64,000 nucleotides of DNA from an uncultured Pseudomonadota bacterium (GTDB taxonomy: Bacteria > Pseudomonadota > Alphaproteobacteria > Rs-D84): assembly GCA_902801125.1 (NCBI GenBank), contig CADCGT010000002.1, forward strand, positions 225,157 to 289,156, read 5' to 3'. A program made the position numbers and the translations under genes. The stretch's first letter is position 1; each line of letters starts with the position of its first letter. Shown here in pieces: positions 25,127-35,023 of this stretch. Under the pieces are notes generated by a model. It did no database searches and was not told where the DNA came from. It saw nothing but the letters and a program-made list of their open reading frames with translations.

Positions 25127-27318
25127 AAATCTGCCCCCCGACATCCACCATCAACACCACTAACATCAATATCTTCACAAGATTCTATTTCTTGGCAAAA
25201 ATCTGTCTTACCACCAGACATCGCCCCCCCAACGCCGCCAATTAATGCACCGCCGGCCGCACCAATTAATGCCCCCCATCCACCAGCCAACACACCGGCC
25301 GATGCACCCGTCGACGCCAAACCCGCTCCATATTTTAATGCAGATTGCAACTTACTTTCGCCGCCGGTTTCGCAAACGCGTTGCATACGACACACATGAC
25401 AATTACACAACGAAGGTTCGAATGTCACACTCTTTATGTATGAATAATTTTTATTTTCGTCGGTTGCCGACGGTTTCTTTTCAACCGCATAGGTAGATAA
25501 ACACCAATCACGCGAAGTCCCTACCGCACTGGCACGTTTTAACTGTGTAAGCTTTGATTCCAATTCAGCCAGATAGCGATTTTCTGCGCCGATTTCTGCG
25601 ATTCCCCTAACTATCCCGAACATGCTGTCCTTCAAACTGCGCCGGCCGGCGGGTTGTTGCGCACTCCGACATGCGGCAATTGTACGTTCGTTATCAAATT
25701 GTTTCAAGAATTCCGTAACCGCAGCTTTACTTTCGGCACGAACCTTAGCCTTTAACTCGCCTTCATCGGCCGGAACTTTAGTCAAACTTGCAACAATATC
25801 ACTTCCGGGCAGACAATTCATATCTGTACCACATACGCGACCCAAAGCCTCGGCAAAGTAATTTTCACAACCATTAACCATCTGGTAATCCATCTGTAAT
25901 AAAACCGAACTTACAATCACATCAAAATACTTTTCGCCACGGCACGAAGTAAACATACCCTGGGGACACATTGCGACAATCTCTGATGTCTTTTTACCCA
26001 AACATTCCGGCGCGGTAAAGTTCGTTCCACATTTATCACGCAGACATTTATCAACATCGTTTTGACAGAAATGCGTGCGCAATTCGGCAAGCAATGCTTG
26101 AAAATCAGCCTTTATTCCCGGAATCTTGGCTTCACATTCGTCAATAATCGGACAAATGCCTGCCGCCATGTTTATATTACTCAAACATCCAGAACTTAAC
26201 CCAGTTGCTTTTTCATCAGAATTTATAGTCACAGAGCACCCCTCTTCCAAACAGGCACGAACTTTTGTCCGACACGTAAGGCGCATATTTTCGTCGGCAT
26301 ATTTTGCTGCCTCGGCCAAAATCATTTTTGATTCCGCGGTCCAATCTTCCAAAACAAAAGATTTTACCGCCATACATTGATCCAAAACATTTTCACACGC
26401 ATTCGCACGACGATTCAACAACGCCGCATCCAAACAATTTTCAAAGTTCACACCACAACCACCCTTGTCAGAAATGCACGCGCGATACGCCAACAAACAT
26501 TCCCCGCGATTGTATTTATTCGTGGTCGACAACATATCCAGTGTTGCCGAACGCACGGCGGCCTGGGCGGTGCGCTTGTTTGATTCTGCATCACGTTTTT
26601 GTTCCGCCAAATATCCATCAAACGCCTTACAGTCTTTGACAATTTCGCGTTGATACAATCTTTCTTCCATTTCTGCGCGTTTTGCATCGCATTGCCCCAG
26701 GATATATTTGCAACTTTCCGCAGCCATATCATACAGGTTGTCGCCAATATCTTCGTCCGCAGCCAGGCTTTCCGCCGAACCACCACCATTTATCCACGCA
26801 ACCAAATCGATACCCGATGTGCGCGATGCGCGTTTTGCAGTTTCACTTTCACCAAATTTTACAAATTTTGCGCGCGCGCCCAACTTTTCACGTTCCACGC
26901 CTTCGGTATAGAGCAATTCTGCATCAGATTGAATTTTTTGAATTTCTTGGATTAAACTTTTCGATTGTTTAATATTGTTTGAACAAGAACAGCGTCCGCC
27001 TTCGGATTCATCCAACATACAGAAATCATCCATACATTCGCGATATGCCGCGCGACATTCGTCGGGGCCGATTACGGCGGCAACTATTTTTTCCGCCTCG
27101 GCCGTGGGTTCGGGTTCCGCCACCGCCGGTGTTTCAACCTTTGGCGCGGCCGCGGGCGCGACGGTCGTTGTCTTTTTCACGCCGGTCGCCTTTTGCACGG
27201 GCGTCATCGTTGACATAGACGCACGAATCCCCACGCGCGAAGCCCCATCACGCGTTGCGGCAAACGCAACCACCGGCAACACCGCCATTATCACAAATGC
27301 AAATGATTTGATTTTCAT
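25123..27318 (-). CDS. Large secreted cysteine-rich protein, family member 2, with a C-terminal glycine zipper
   Basis: Signal peptide MKIKSFAFVIMAVLPVVAFA (an alternative ATG lies at 27327). Contains ECRAAYRECMDDFCMLDESEGGRCSCSN and is collinear with member 1 (for example NKYNRGECLLAYRAC and CENVLDQCMAVK). C-terminal GGWGALIGAAGGALIGGVGGAMSGG. Confidence 0.85.
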   Translation of the reverse strand: MKIKSFAFVIMAVLPVVAFAATRDGASRVGIRASMSTMTPVQKATGVKKTTTVAPAAAPKVETPAVAEPEPTAEAEKIVAAVIGPDECRAAYRECMDDFCMLDESEGGRCSCSNNIKQSKSLIQEIQKIQSDAELLYTEGVEREKLGARAKFVKFGESETAKRASRTSGIDLVAWINGGGSAESLAADEDIGDNLYDMAAESCKYILGQCDAKRAEMEERLYQREIVKDCKAFDGYLAEQKRDAESNKRTAQAAVRSATLDMLSTTNKYNRGECLLAYRACISDKGGCGVNFENCLDAALLNRRANACENVLDQCMAVKSFVLEDWTAESKMILAEAAKYADENMRLTCRTKVRACLEEGCSVTINSDEKATGLSSGCLSNINMAAGICPIIDECEAKIPGIKADFQALLAELRTHFCQNDVDKCLRDKCGTNFTAPECLGKKTSEIVAMCPQGMFTSCRGEKYFDVIVSSVLLQMDYQMVNGCENYFAEALGRVCGTDMNCLPGSDIVASLTKVPADEGELKAKVRAESKAAVTEFLKQFDNERTIAACRSAQQPAGRRSLKDSMFGIVRGIAEIGAENRYLAELESKLTQLKRASAVGTSRDWCLSTYAVEKKPSATDENKNYSYIKSVTFEPSLCNCHVCRMQRVCETGGESKLQSALKYGAGLASTGASAGVLAGGWGALIGAAGGALIGGVGGAMSGGKTDFCQEIESCEDIDVSGVDGGCRGADL

Positions 27319-27383
27319 ATTTTCCATCCTACATCTTTCATACAATTTTATCAGATAACCACACCGGTCGCAACAAAAAATTC

Positions 27384-27412
27384 TTGATTTTTTTGCGCAT
27401 TCAACATATTAT
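27384..27412 (+). promoter_or_regulatory. Sigma-70-type promoter of infA
   Basis: TTGATT, a 17-nt spacer, then TATTAT, about 30 nt upstream of the infA ATG. Confidence 0.55.
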
Positions 27413-27440
27413 TTATGAAAATTAAACCCAAGGGGTAAAT

Positions 27441-27689
27441 ATGGCAAAAGATGATGTTGTTGTTTTCACTGGAACGGTCACCGATAAATTACCAAACACT
27501 ATGTTCCGCGTGAAATTGGATAATGACCATGAAATTTTGGCGACGGTATGTGGCAAAATGCGCAAGGCGCGCATCTGGGTCAATGTTGGCGAACGCGTCC
27601 GCGTTGAAATGACACCGTACGATTTGGCCAAGGGTCGCATTACATTTGTTGAACGCAAACACGCACCCGAAAACCACCCGGCACAATAA
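27441..27689 (+). CDS. infA: Translation initiation factor IF-1
   Basis: [69 protein letters not shown]. Confidence 0.95.
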   Translation: MAKDDVVVFTGTVTDKLPNTMFRVKLDNDHEILATVCGKMRKARIWVNVGERVRVEMTPYDLAKGRITFVERKHAPENHPAQ

Positions 27690-27720
27690 ATGTTTTACAA
27701 ATAAAGTTTATAAAAAAATA

Positions 27721-27750
27721 AAAATGCACTTGCGGTGCATTTTTATTTTT
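27721..27750 (+). terminator. Rho-independent terminator after infA
   Basis: AAAATGCAC-TTGCG-GTGCATTTT followed by ATTTTTT. Confidence 0.75.
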
Positions 27751-27773
27751 TGCTAACCTGGTCTTTGAAAGAG

Positions 27774-30056
27774 ATGAAAGGAATAACTGTCTTTATTATT
27801 ACAATCGCACTGTCGTTTGGTGCGTCGTCGGCCGCGGTTCGCGGAACCGATTCTTTATCACGCGCAAATACCGGTGGAACAAATACCGCAATCACATCAC
27901 GCGACGCCACATCACAATCACGCGTGGCAACGCGCACAAACGCCCCCCGCACAAATCCGGTCGTTTCCCGACGAACAAGAAACGCAACAAACACACGCAC
28001 CGCAATCGGAAACGGTCGGCGCATAACCATCGCACCCGTCGCCTCGGACACAACAACGGCACGCACCGCCCGCCCATCGCGCGTTGCCACAACGAAAACG
28101 GCGCGCGCCACGACAACACAAATTGCAACAAACACTTTCAACACCCAACAAAACGAATGCCAAGACGCGTATTTTGCGTGTATGGACCAATTCTGTGCAT
28201 TGGCCAACGACAAATATCGCCGGTGCATATGCTCAAACCGGCTTGAAACGATTCGCGCGCGCGAACGCGTATTGAATCAAACATCCGAACAATTACAGGA
28301 TTTCAAAGACCTGAACATCAATGTTATTCCCAAAACCCCGGCCGAGGTTAAATCCATGCTTTCGGCAAGTGAAGGCGAATTAAAATTATCCAAAACCAAA
28401 GACGATTCGGCGGCATCGAAAAAATTGACCGCAATAAGTGATGTTTTGGCGGGCACCCGTATGAATGCGTTGTCCACGGCGGGGCAATTAGACATTGGCG
28501 GCGATATAAAACAGATATGGAATACAACCGATTTAATTGCGGGCGCAAGTATCGCAAACCTTACGGGGGAATCTTTGTATAACGCCGTTCATTCGCAATG
28601 CGCCGAATTGGTTGCCGACCGTTGCCCATCACGCACGACATTAAACATGGTTGTGTCCGCGTATGGAATGTATATTGAAAACGATTGCACAATTATACTT
28701 GGGAACCTTGATAAAATGGCAACCAATGCGAACACGGCAATACGCCAAACAAATCGGGAAATGACAACGGCGCGCCTTGAAAATTATGACGCGCACAATT
28801 CCGCCGAAATAAATGAATGCATCGCCGGGGTGCGCGAAAACCTGACTGCGGATACGGCATGTGGCAAAAACTATGTTCATTGCCTTGACCTAACGGGCCT
28901 TTATTTAAATCGTGTGACGGGGGCGCCGATATATTCTGCAAATTTTTATAAAATAAATGATTCTGTATCATTGGCGGGCGATGTTTTAACCAATCACACA
29001 AATGCAAAACTGGTTGCCGAATTGAACAACAAGAAAAAATTTGCAGAACGCACATTGGAAACCTGTCGCGACATCGCCGATTCGGTTTGGGACGAATTCC
29101 TGCGCCAGGCAATAACCGAAATATACCAAGGTGTACAGTCAAAAATCCGCACGGTCAAAAATGAATGTATGGATGTTGTGAATACATGCTATGACGAAAA
29201 AACGAAACAATTGCGCGATTACAGTAATATTGAAGAACAAATGTTATTGGGTGACCGATTGATTTTGTCCGAAGAAATGTGCACCGAAAAACTTACCACG
29301 TGCAGTAATCTTTACGGCGGCGGCCCGACCGGCATGGAATTATTGGTCACCGAAATGCGCAATATCACAAACCAGAAAATTGCACAAAATTGCCTTGCAA
29401 CGATAAAAGATTATGCCAAGAAACTTTGCCGCGTATCCGGCAACGACACTTTGCACGATTATCCGTACGGTTGTCGCATCTATACCCCGGGGACCAGTAT
29501 GTATGCCCAAAACCCAGATTGCAACTATGTCACCAGCCCAGATACCAGTGGATATACACAAGCAATAAGTGATGACGACCCTATATTAAGCATACTCGGA
29601 CTGACAAACCCAAGCGAACAGTTACAACATTATACATGTTGGGCCAATCGCATATATAGAGATTGTAATGAGGGCTATTTCCTTGACAACGATAAATGCT
29701 ATCGCTGTCCCGATGGTTGGACATGTCCAGCGGGTTCTACGGCCCCCCGCCCCGGTGCGGGTTCGTGTGCCCCCGATTATATCGGCAGTCTTTATCAAAA
29801 AATGGTCACGTATGCATTACAGTATTGCACGCGCCCCGGCACAACGGTTATTCCAACCGATGTACTGGCGGATGTGAACACGGTTATGGATTCTATCAAG
29901 ACAGATATGTCAACGGTTTTATCCAAAGATTGCGAACAAATGGGTGGTAAATGGTCAACAACATATGACGAAAACACCGCCCAGGAAAATAAATTTATAG
30001 ATTTCTATAATGAAACAAATGCAGATTTAGGATGGGGGCTGTGCCGTGAACCATAA
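27774..30056 (+). CDS. Large secreted cysteine-rich protein, family member 3
   Basis: Signal peptide MKGITVFIITIALSFGASSA, then an Arg/Thr/Ala-rich low-complexity region, then ECQDAYFACMDQFCALANDKYRRCICSN. The C-terminus carries CxxC-type repeats (KCYRCPDGWTCPAGS). I prefer the start at 27774 because the GTG at 27735 lies inside the infA terminator hairpin. Confidence 0.85.
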   Translation: MKGITVFIITIALSFGASSAAVRGTDSLSRANTGGTNTAITSRDATSQSRVATRTNAPRTNPVVSRRTRNATNTRTAIGNGRRITIAPVASDTTTARTARPSRVATTKTARATTTQIATNTFNTQQNECQDAYFACMDQFCALANDKYRRCICSNRLETIRARERVLNQTSEQLQDFKDLNINVIPKTPAEVKSMLSASEGELKLSKTKDDSAASKKLTAISDVLAGTRMNALSTAGQLDIGGDIKQIWNTTDLIAGASIANLTGESLYNAVHSQCAELVADRCPSRTTLNMVVSAYGMYIENDCTIILGNLDKMATNANTAIRQTNREMTTARLENYDAHNSAEINECIAGVRENLTADTACGKNYVHCLDLTGLYLNRVTGAPIYSANFYKINDSVSLAGDVLTNHTNAKLVAELNNKKKFAERTLETCRDIADSVWDEFLRQAITEIYQGVQSKIRTVKNECMDVVNTCYDEKTKQLRDYSNIEEQMLLGDRLILSEEMCTEKLTTCSNLYGGGPTGMELLVTEMRNITNQKIAQNCLATIKDYAKKLCRVSGNDTLHDYPYGCRIYTPGTSMYAQNPDCNYVTSPDTSGYTQAISDDDPILSILGLTNPSEQLQHYTCWANRIYRDCNEGYFLDNDKCYRCPDGWTCPAGSTAPRPGAGSCAPDYIGSLYQKMVTYALQYCTRPGTTVIPTDVLADVNTVMDSIKTDMSTVLSKDCEQMGGKWSTTYDENTAQENKFIDFYNETNADLGWGLCREP

Positions 30057-30059
30057 ACC

Positions 30060-30088
30060 TTGCACGCGGCATAAAAAAATGGTATAAT
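30060..30088 (+). promoter_or_regulatory. Near-consensus sigma-70 promoter
   Basis: TTGCAC, a 17-nt spacer ending in TGG, then TATAAT. Confidence 0.55.
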
Positions 30089-30112
30089 TACGCGAAATAC
30101 ATGGGGTCAGAG

Positions 30113-30814
30113 ATGAAGTTAAAAATATTTTCAATCTTAACATTATGCATGCTGTTGAACGGCGCGTTTGCCGCGGTTGATTGGTGGAATCACGACACAA
30201 TTTGTACAATTGATGAAACACGTTGTTATAACGCATCTATGCCCGGCCTGGACACCACTTGGGAAAACGGATGGGATGTGTCGGGCGGATGTCGCGGGAA
30301 AAAATACATATGTGGCAACGCATTGACAACACCACAAAACGCCGCGGTTGCAATGGAACGCGCGATAATCAATGCCGGCACCGGTATAAATCCAGATTTT
30401 GATACAACCGTGTATCTGAACGGGGAAAATTGCTATGGCGCACGCAAATCCAAGAACGGCGGCGCAATGGTTTCATTAAATGGGGACTTTGTCCGCGTAT
30501 GGTGCAATGGCGTGTTGTCCAACCCAACCGAAGAATTACAATACGGCGAAATCACATCTGGGGCGCAACCGACATGTTCCGCATTGGCCGCGGACAATTA
30601 TGCGGCAATTTTGAATGGAAAATGCTATGGCAAATATTATGACCCGAACAATTATGCAATTGAATGCAACGGCGACACACCTATGCTGGTTCTGTTAAAC
30701 GGTGCGAATTACAATCCATCTGGACGTGGGCTGGGGCAATCCGACGCGAACGCATTGTTTGGTTCAATGGTCGCAACATCGGCGGGGCAACGCGGCGTGC
30801 ATTTCAATAAATAA
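30113..30814 (+). CDS. Secreted Cys-containing hypothetical protein
   Basis: Signal peptide MKLKIFSILTLCMLLNGAFA (an alternative ATG lies at 30101) and multiple Cys residues. No family I recognise. Confidence 0.7.
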   Translation: MKLKIFSILTLCMLLNGAFAAVDWWNHDTICTIDETRCYNASMPGLDTTWENGWDVSGGCRGKKYICGNALTTPQNAAVAMERAIINAGTGINPDFDTTVYLNGENCYGARKSKNGGAMVSLNGDFVRVWCNGVLSNPTEELQYGEITSGAQPTCSALAADNYAAILNGKCYGKYYDPNNYAIECNGDTPMLVLLNGANYNPSGRGLGQSDANALFGSMVATSAGQRGVHFNK

Positions 30815-30825
30815 GCACCAAAATT

Positions 30826-31479
30826 TTACCGCGATTTTATCGGACCAGTAAAAAATTCACCATGAATTGCGCAAAATTTTGGGCGTTCTTTTAACATATA
30901 TGGAATTTCATTATTATTTGCATAAAAATTTCCATATATTTCCTTTGGCACCCCGGCAAAAGATATCAATGCGTTTCCGCTTACATTATAATCACCCTTG
31001 ATAATAACAGAGCACATATCGGGCAAATGGCGCAGGCCCGCATAAGACAAATCCATATTTCCACTAAACACAAAACCGTGTGGTAAATCGTATACATCAT
31101 AGTATTTACCATTCTGGCGAATAACGCCCGTACATGCCATATCATACGCAATATCAAATTGTTTTTTAACAATAAAGGTGACAACCTGGGGCATATAATT
31201 TGCCGGCCGACCCGCATACAGACCACGACACCACTGAACCGCATCATTTTGAACATTCAATAAAACATGTGGCGCACCATCATGCGAACGAATTGAATAA
31301 AAGTTTACATTAGCATTATTTTCAATTGCACACACATCATCCGCATTTAATCGAATATGCAATTTATTTGATTCATTCAACACGGCGTCCACGGTGGATA
31401 AATACACCGCATACATTGAATGCGGCAAATCCATAATACGATGACGACCAACGCCCAAACCGTTATAATTTTGCGTCAT
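30826..31479 (-). CDS. Hypothetical protein
   Basis: ORF with no recognisable motif. Start tentatively placed at MTQNYNG. Confidence 0.55.
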   Translation of the reverse strand: MTQNYNGLGVGRHRIMDLPHSMYAVYLSTVDAVLNESNKLHIRLNADDVCAIENNANVNFYSIRSHDGAPHVLLNVQNDAVQWCRGLYAGRPANYMPQVVTFIVKKQFDIAYDMACTGVIRQNGKYYDVYDLPHGFVFSGNMDLSYAGLRHLPDMCSVIIKGDYNVSGNALISFAGVPKEIYGNFYANNNEIPYMLKERPKFCAIHGEFFTGPIKSR

Positions 31480-31564
31480 AAAAACCTCTTTTTTAGCACA
31501 ATACAAAAATTTGTCCAAAAATCAAGTAAAAAAATAATTTTATTAAATTTGCCGCGCCAACAAA

Positions 31565-31596
31565 AACGGGCGCGGAAATCGCACCCGTTTTTTTTT
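31565..31596. terminator. Hairpin terminator downstream of the ppiD-like gene (A-run and T-run on either side)
   Basis: AACGGGCGC-loop-GCACCCGTT followed by T9 on the plus strand. The minus strand also has a T-run after the stem. Confidence 0.65.
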
Positions 31597-31626
31597 ACTA
31601 ACCACTTACACTAACCACTTACACTA
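31597..31626 (-). repeat. GTTAGTG-type repeat, variant unit (GTAAGTGGTTAGT)
   Basis: The plus strand reads ACTAACCACTTACACTAACCACTTACACTA. The terminal CTA is the complement of the TAG stop of the ppiD-like gene. Confidence 0.85.
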
Positions 31627-33033
31627 TTTTACAAACCGGTTATATGTTTTTTCATTTATCTTGACCGGATATTCGCGTTCAAGGTATGAATTATAGTCTG
31701 CATTTATATGTTCGCCCGACATTTTGGCAACATCGGCCACCATCGCATCCATTTTCTTGTCATCCGCGGCCGGCAATTTTTCCGCGACAACGTGCATCAC
31801 ATAAAACGCATCGGTATCATCAACAATCGTATTTTGCCCTATTTCGTTTCTAAACGCGCGTGCTAACACGGCGGGCGCGGCACCATCTGTGCGCGATACC
31901 GTCAAGGATTTTGCATTCGCCAATTTGCCGGTTTTATTCAAATCGACCAACAATTCGTTCGCACGAACATAGGCCAATTTCCGACGTTCGGCGCGTGTCC
32001 ATTCGGATTCTAAATCTTTTTTAACCGAATCGAATTCTGCGTTATGTTCCGGGGTGATTTTATCTATACGAACAATGGCGAACCCGTCACGCGTTTCAAT
32101 CATTTCACTTTCCACACCTGCGTCCATATCGAACACGCGCGCAATCATCGCGGTATCAAAGAATTTATCGTCCGGCAATTTCCCCGCGGTCACATTTTCA
32201 TATTTGTGGAATTTGGCATTATGTGCCTTGGCCGCCGCCGCCAAAGTTTCCCCGCCGATAATATCATCTTCCATTTTCTGGGCAATCTTGATATTTTTTT
32301 CATATTCGTCGGGTTTATCCATTTCGGTCGGCAATATCACATAAGAAACATCGCGTGTTTCCGGAATTTTATGCGGATTTTGTTTATAGAATTCACGCAA
32401 ATCCGCCTCTGTTGGCGATTTTACATCAAATTCAGAAAACTTTACCGTCGCCAAATCAACCGTCCGCGACGCACCGCGTGCATTGTATGCCGCGCGAACT
32501 GCGAATCGCGGTGTTTTGATTTTCGCACTGATTGGCGCATTCACCATTTCGGTCAATGTCCGCATACGAATATCATTTGCAACATCCGATTCGGTAAGGC
32601 CCGAATTACGCAGCACGACATCAAACGCCGCCGGCGAAAATTTCCCATTTTCTTGGAATTGCGGAATTTCACGAATTTCATCTGCGATTTTATGGTCCGA
32701 CACCACATAGCCCAAATCTTCGGCATGGCGTTGAACGCGTTTCATATTTGCAATCTTTTTAATCACGCCGTTTTGAAAATTCGCCATCGCGGCCGGGTCG
32801 GTATATAAATTTCGTTGTTCTGTCCGCGACAGTGCCGCCAATTCATTAGACTTCATATTACTGAACGCCTGGACCGACACTTTATCGCCCCCAACGCGCA
32901 TAAGCGTTGTATCCGCCGATGTCAAACCGAACACCCATTCGGCCACGCCCCAACCGACGAAAGAAAAGATTAAAATCCCCATTAAAATTTTTGCCACAGG
33001 TTTATCTGCCGCATTGCGTAAATATTCTAGCAT
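31624..33033 (-). CDS. ppiD: PpiD-like periplasmic chaperone (SurA N-terminal-type domain, membrane anchored)
   Basis: MLEYLRNAADKPVAKILMGILIFSFVGWGVAEWVF matches the PpiD N-terminal anchor. Start at 33033 after an AAGGGGA RBS. Confidence 0.7.
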   Translation of the reverse strand: MLEYLRNAADKPVAKILMGILIFSFVGWGVAEWVFGLTSADTTLMRVGGDKVSVQAFSNMKSNELAALSRTEQRNLYTDPAAMANFQNGVIKKIANMKRVQRHAEDLGYVVSDHKIADEIREIPQFQENGKFSPAAFDVVLRNSGLTESDVANDIRMRTLTEMVNAPISAKIKTPRFAVRAAYNARGASRTVDLATVKFSEFDVKSPTEADLREFYKQNPHKIPETRDVSYVILPTEMDKPDEYEKNIKIAQKMEDDIIGGETLAAAAKAHNAKFHKYENVTAGKLPDDKFFDTAMIARVFDMDAGVESEMIETRDGFAIVRIDKITPEHNAEFDSVKKDLESEWTRAERRKLAYVRANELLVDLNKTGKLANAKSLTVSRTDGAAPAVLARAFRNEIGQNTIVDDTDAFYVMHVVAEKLPAADDKKMDAMVADVAKMSGEHINADYNSYLEREYPVKINEKTYNRFVK

Positions 33034-33099
33034 TTTGTCCCCTTTTGCGATAACATAGCAAAACATTTCGTAAAAATGCAATCAAAAAAAGGAAAAAAG

Positions 33100-33804
33100 A
33101 TGAAATTTGTTATTGGTAATTGGAAAATGAATGGAACGCGGGCAATTCTGCGCGAAATGATTGAACGGGCGGCGAATATCCAGACCGAAAATCGCGTGGC
33201 ACTGTGCGTGCCGTTCACGATGCTTGGCGAAAAATCGGACATTATCGCCATGGGCGCCCAGGATATAAGCACCCACGACCGTGGCGCATATACCGGGGAA
33301 ATATCGGGTGCAATGCTGGCCGAGGCAGGCGCAAAATATGTAATTGTCGGGCACAGCGAACGCCGCATGTATCACGACGAAACCAACGACATCGTCCGTG
33401 CCAAGGCCGCACGCGCGTTGGAAAGCGGCCTTACCCCGATTATATGTGTTGGCGAAACGGCGGACGAACGGCGCGCAGGCAAAACACTTGAAATCATAAC
33501 ATCGGGCGTTCGCGAATCGGTTCCCGAAAATGTATCTGGGGACATTATTATCGCATACGAACCAAGATGGGCCATTGGGGCGGGCATAACACCAACCGCG
33601 GACGATATTGCCACCGCGCACCGGGTTATTGCCGAAACATTGTCATATATGCACCTTATTGGGACGCCAATATTGTATGGCGCAAGTGTAAATTCTAAAA
33701 ATGTTGCCGACATTGTCGCGATTGAAAATGTAGACGGCGTTTTGGTTGGGGGTGCATCCTTGAAACCGGACGAATTTATACCTATAATAGAAAATGCAAA
33801 ATAA
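33100..33804 (+). CDS. tpiA: Triosephosphate isomerase
   Basis: MKFVIGNWKMNGT, YVIVGHSERR and IIAYEPRWAIGAG catalytic motifs. Confidence 0.95.
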   Translation: MKFVIGNWKMNGTRAILREMIERAANIQTENRVALCVPFTMLGEKSDIIAMGAQDISTHDRGAYTGEISGAMLAEAGAKYVIVGHSERRMYHDETNDIVRAKAARALESGLTPIICVGETADERRAGKTLEIITSGVRESVPENVSGDIIIAYEPRWAIGAGITPTADDIATAHRVIAETLSYMHLIGTPILYGASVNSKNVADIVAIENVDGVLVGGASLKPDEFIPIIENAK

Positions 33805-34354
33805 CAAAACAAAGATGAACGATATGGATGAAAAAAATACAGATATAGAACAAGTATCAATAAACGACGCCGAACCGGGCGCGACGGGTGCGAACGATAA
33901 TGCACCCGCCCCATCGGCGGATGACGCACGCATTGCGGAATTGGAAAAATCCCTTGCGGAAATGAATGACAAATACCTGCGCGTGGCGGCGGAATTGGAA
34001 AACACCCGTCGCCGTGCGGCAATTGATACGGAATCGCGTGCACGCATGCGCGCAATGTCGGTTGCAGAAAAAATCTTGCCGGTGTCCGATGCGGTTGACG
34101 CGGCACTAAAACATGCGCCCGATGACGCGGGCATCAAATCTATGGCGGCGGCATTAAAATCGGCATTCGATTCCATCGGAATTACGCGTATGAAAACGGT
34201 CGGCGAACCATTGGACCCGGCAAAACACAACGCGATCCAGGTCGCGCCCGCCCCGGAAAATGTCGCCCCGAACACGATAATCGATGAATTCCAGGCGGGA
34301 TATATGATGGGCGATTCGGTTCTGCGCACGGCGATGGTGGTGGTTGCCAAATAA
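33794..34354 (+). CDS. grpE: Nucleotide exchange factor GrpE
   Basis: KYLRVAAELENTRRRA...FDSIGITRMKTVGEPLDPAKHNAI...GYMMGDSVLRTAMVVVA. The start is uncertain (33794, 33815 or 33824). Confidence 0.9.
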   Translation: MQNNKTKMNDMDEKNTDIEQVSINDAEPGATGANDNAPAPSADDARIAELEKSLAEMNDKYLRVAAELENTRRRAAIDTESRARMRAMSVAEKILPVSDAVDAALKHAPDDAGIKSMAAALKSAFDSIGITRMKTVGEPLDPAKHNAIQVAPAPENVAPNTIIDEFQAGYMMGDSVLRTAMVVVAK

Positions 34355-34420
34355 TTGCCTGATACATTTGCGAATACGGTTTTTTGTGGTATAATTAAAA
34401 GAAAAATATAAGGATGAATT

Positions 34421-35005
34421 ATGTCTTTGATACCTGTTGTAATAGAAGAATCACCACGTGGTGAACGTTCGTTTGATATTTATTCACGTCTGTTGCGTGA
34501 CAGAATTATTATGGTGACCGGCGAAATTGAAACCGGCATGGCGAACACCATCGTGGCACAGTTATTATTGTTGGAATCAGAAAATCCGAATGCCGATATA
34601 TCTATGTACATAAATTCACCAGGCGGTGATGTTTCGGCTGGGGAAGCAATCATTGACACGATGAATTATATCAAGGCCCCTGTATCAACCATTGGTATGG
34701 GATTAGTTGCATCAATGGCTTCTGTAATTTTGGCGGCGGGTGCAAAGGGTAAACGTTTTTGTCTGCAAAACACCCAGATTATGATTCATCAGCCTATGGC
34801 GGGAACCCAAGGTCAAGTGACAGATATGGAAATTCATGTCGCGAAATTTAAACAGACAAAACAATTGTTGATTAAGCAAATGGCAGGGTTCACCGGACGC
34901 AAGGAAAAAGAATTGTTTGATGCGATGGAACGTGATAACTGGATGGATTCTGAATCTGCCAAAAAATTCGGATTGATTGACGACATATTGGTTCGTAAAA
35001 AATAA
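34421..35005 (+). CDS. clpP: ATP-dependent Clp protease proteolytic subunit
   Basis: [22 protein letters not shown]...[12 protein letters not shown]...[14 protein letters not shown]...IMIHQP. Confidence 0.95.
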   Translation: MSLIPVVIEESPRGERSFDIYSRLLRDRIIMVTGEIETGMANTIVAQLLLLESENPNADISMYINSPGGDVSAGEAIIDTMNYIKAPVSTIGMGLVASMASVILAAGAKGKRFCLQNTQIMIHQPMAGTQGQVTDMEIHVAKFKQTKQLLIKQMAGFTGRKEKELFDAMERDNWMDSESAKKFGLIDDILVRKK

Positions 35006-35023
35006 TTTTATGGGGTGCGTAAT

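Noticed and set aside
27735-27773. GTG start at 27735 for the third cysteine-rich gene, as in the ORF track.
   Set aside because: The GTG lies inside the stem of the infA terminator hairpin. The ATG at 27774 has a purine-rich RBS and begins a typical signal peptide.
32044-32808. 254-aa plus-strand ORF.
   Set aside because: It is antisense to the ppiD-like gene and its translation is Phe/Ile/Arg-rich, typical of a shadow frame.
33082-34350. Minus-strand ORFs of 179, 244 and 235 aa (33082-33621, 33372-34106, 33643-34350).
   Set aside because: They are antisense to the well-supported tpiA and grpE genes.
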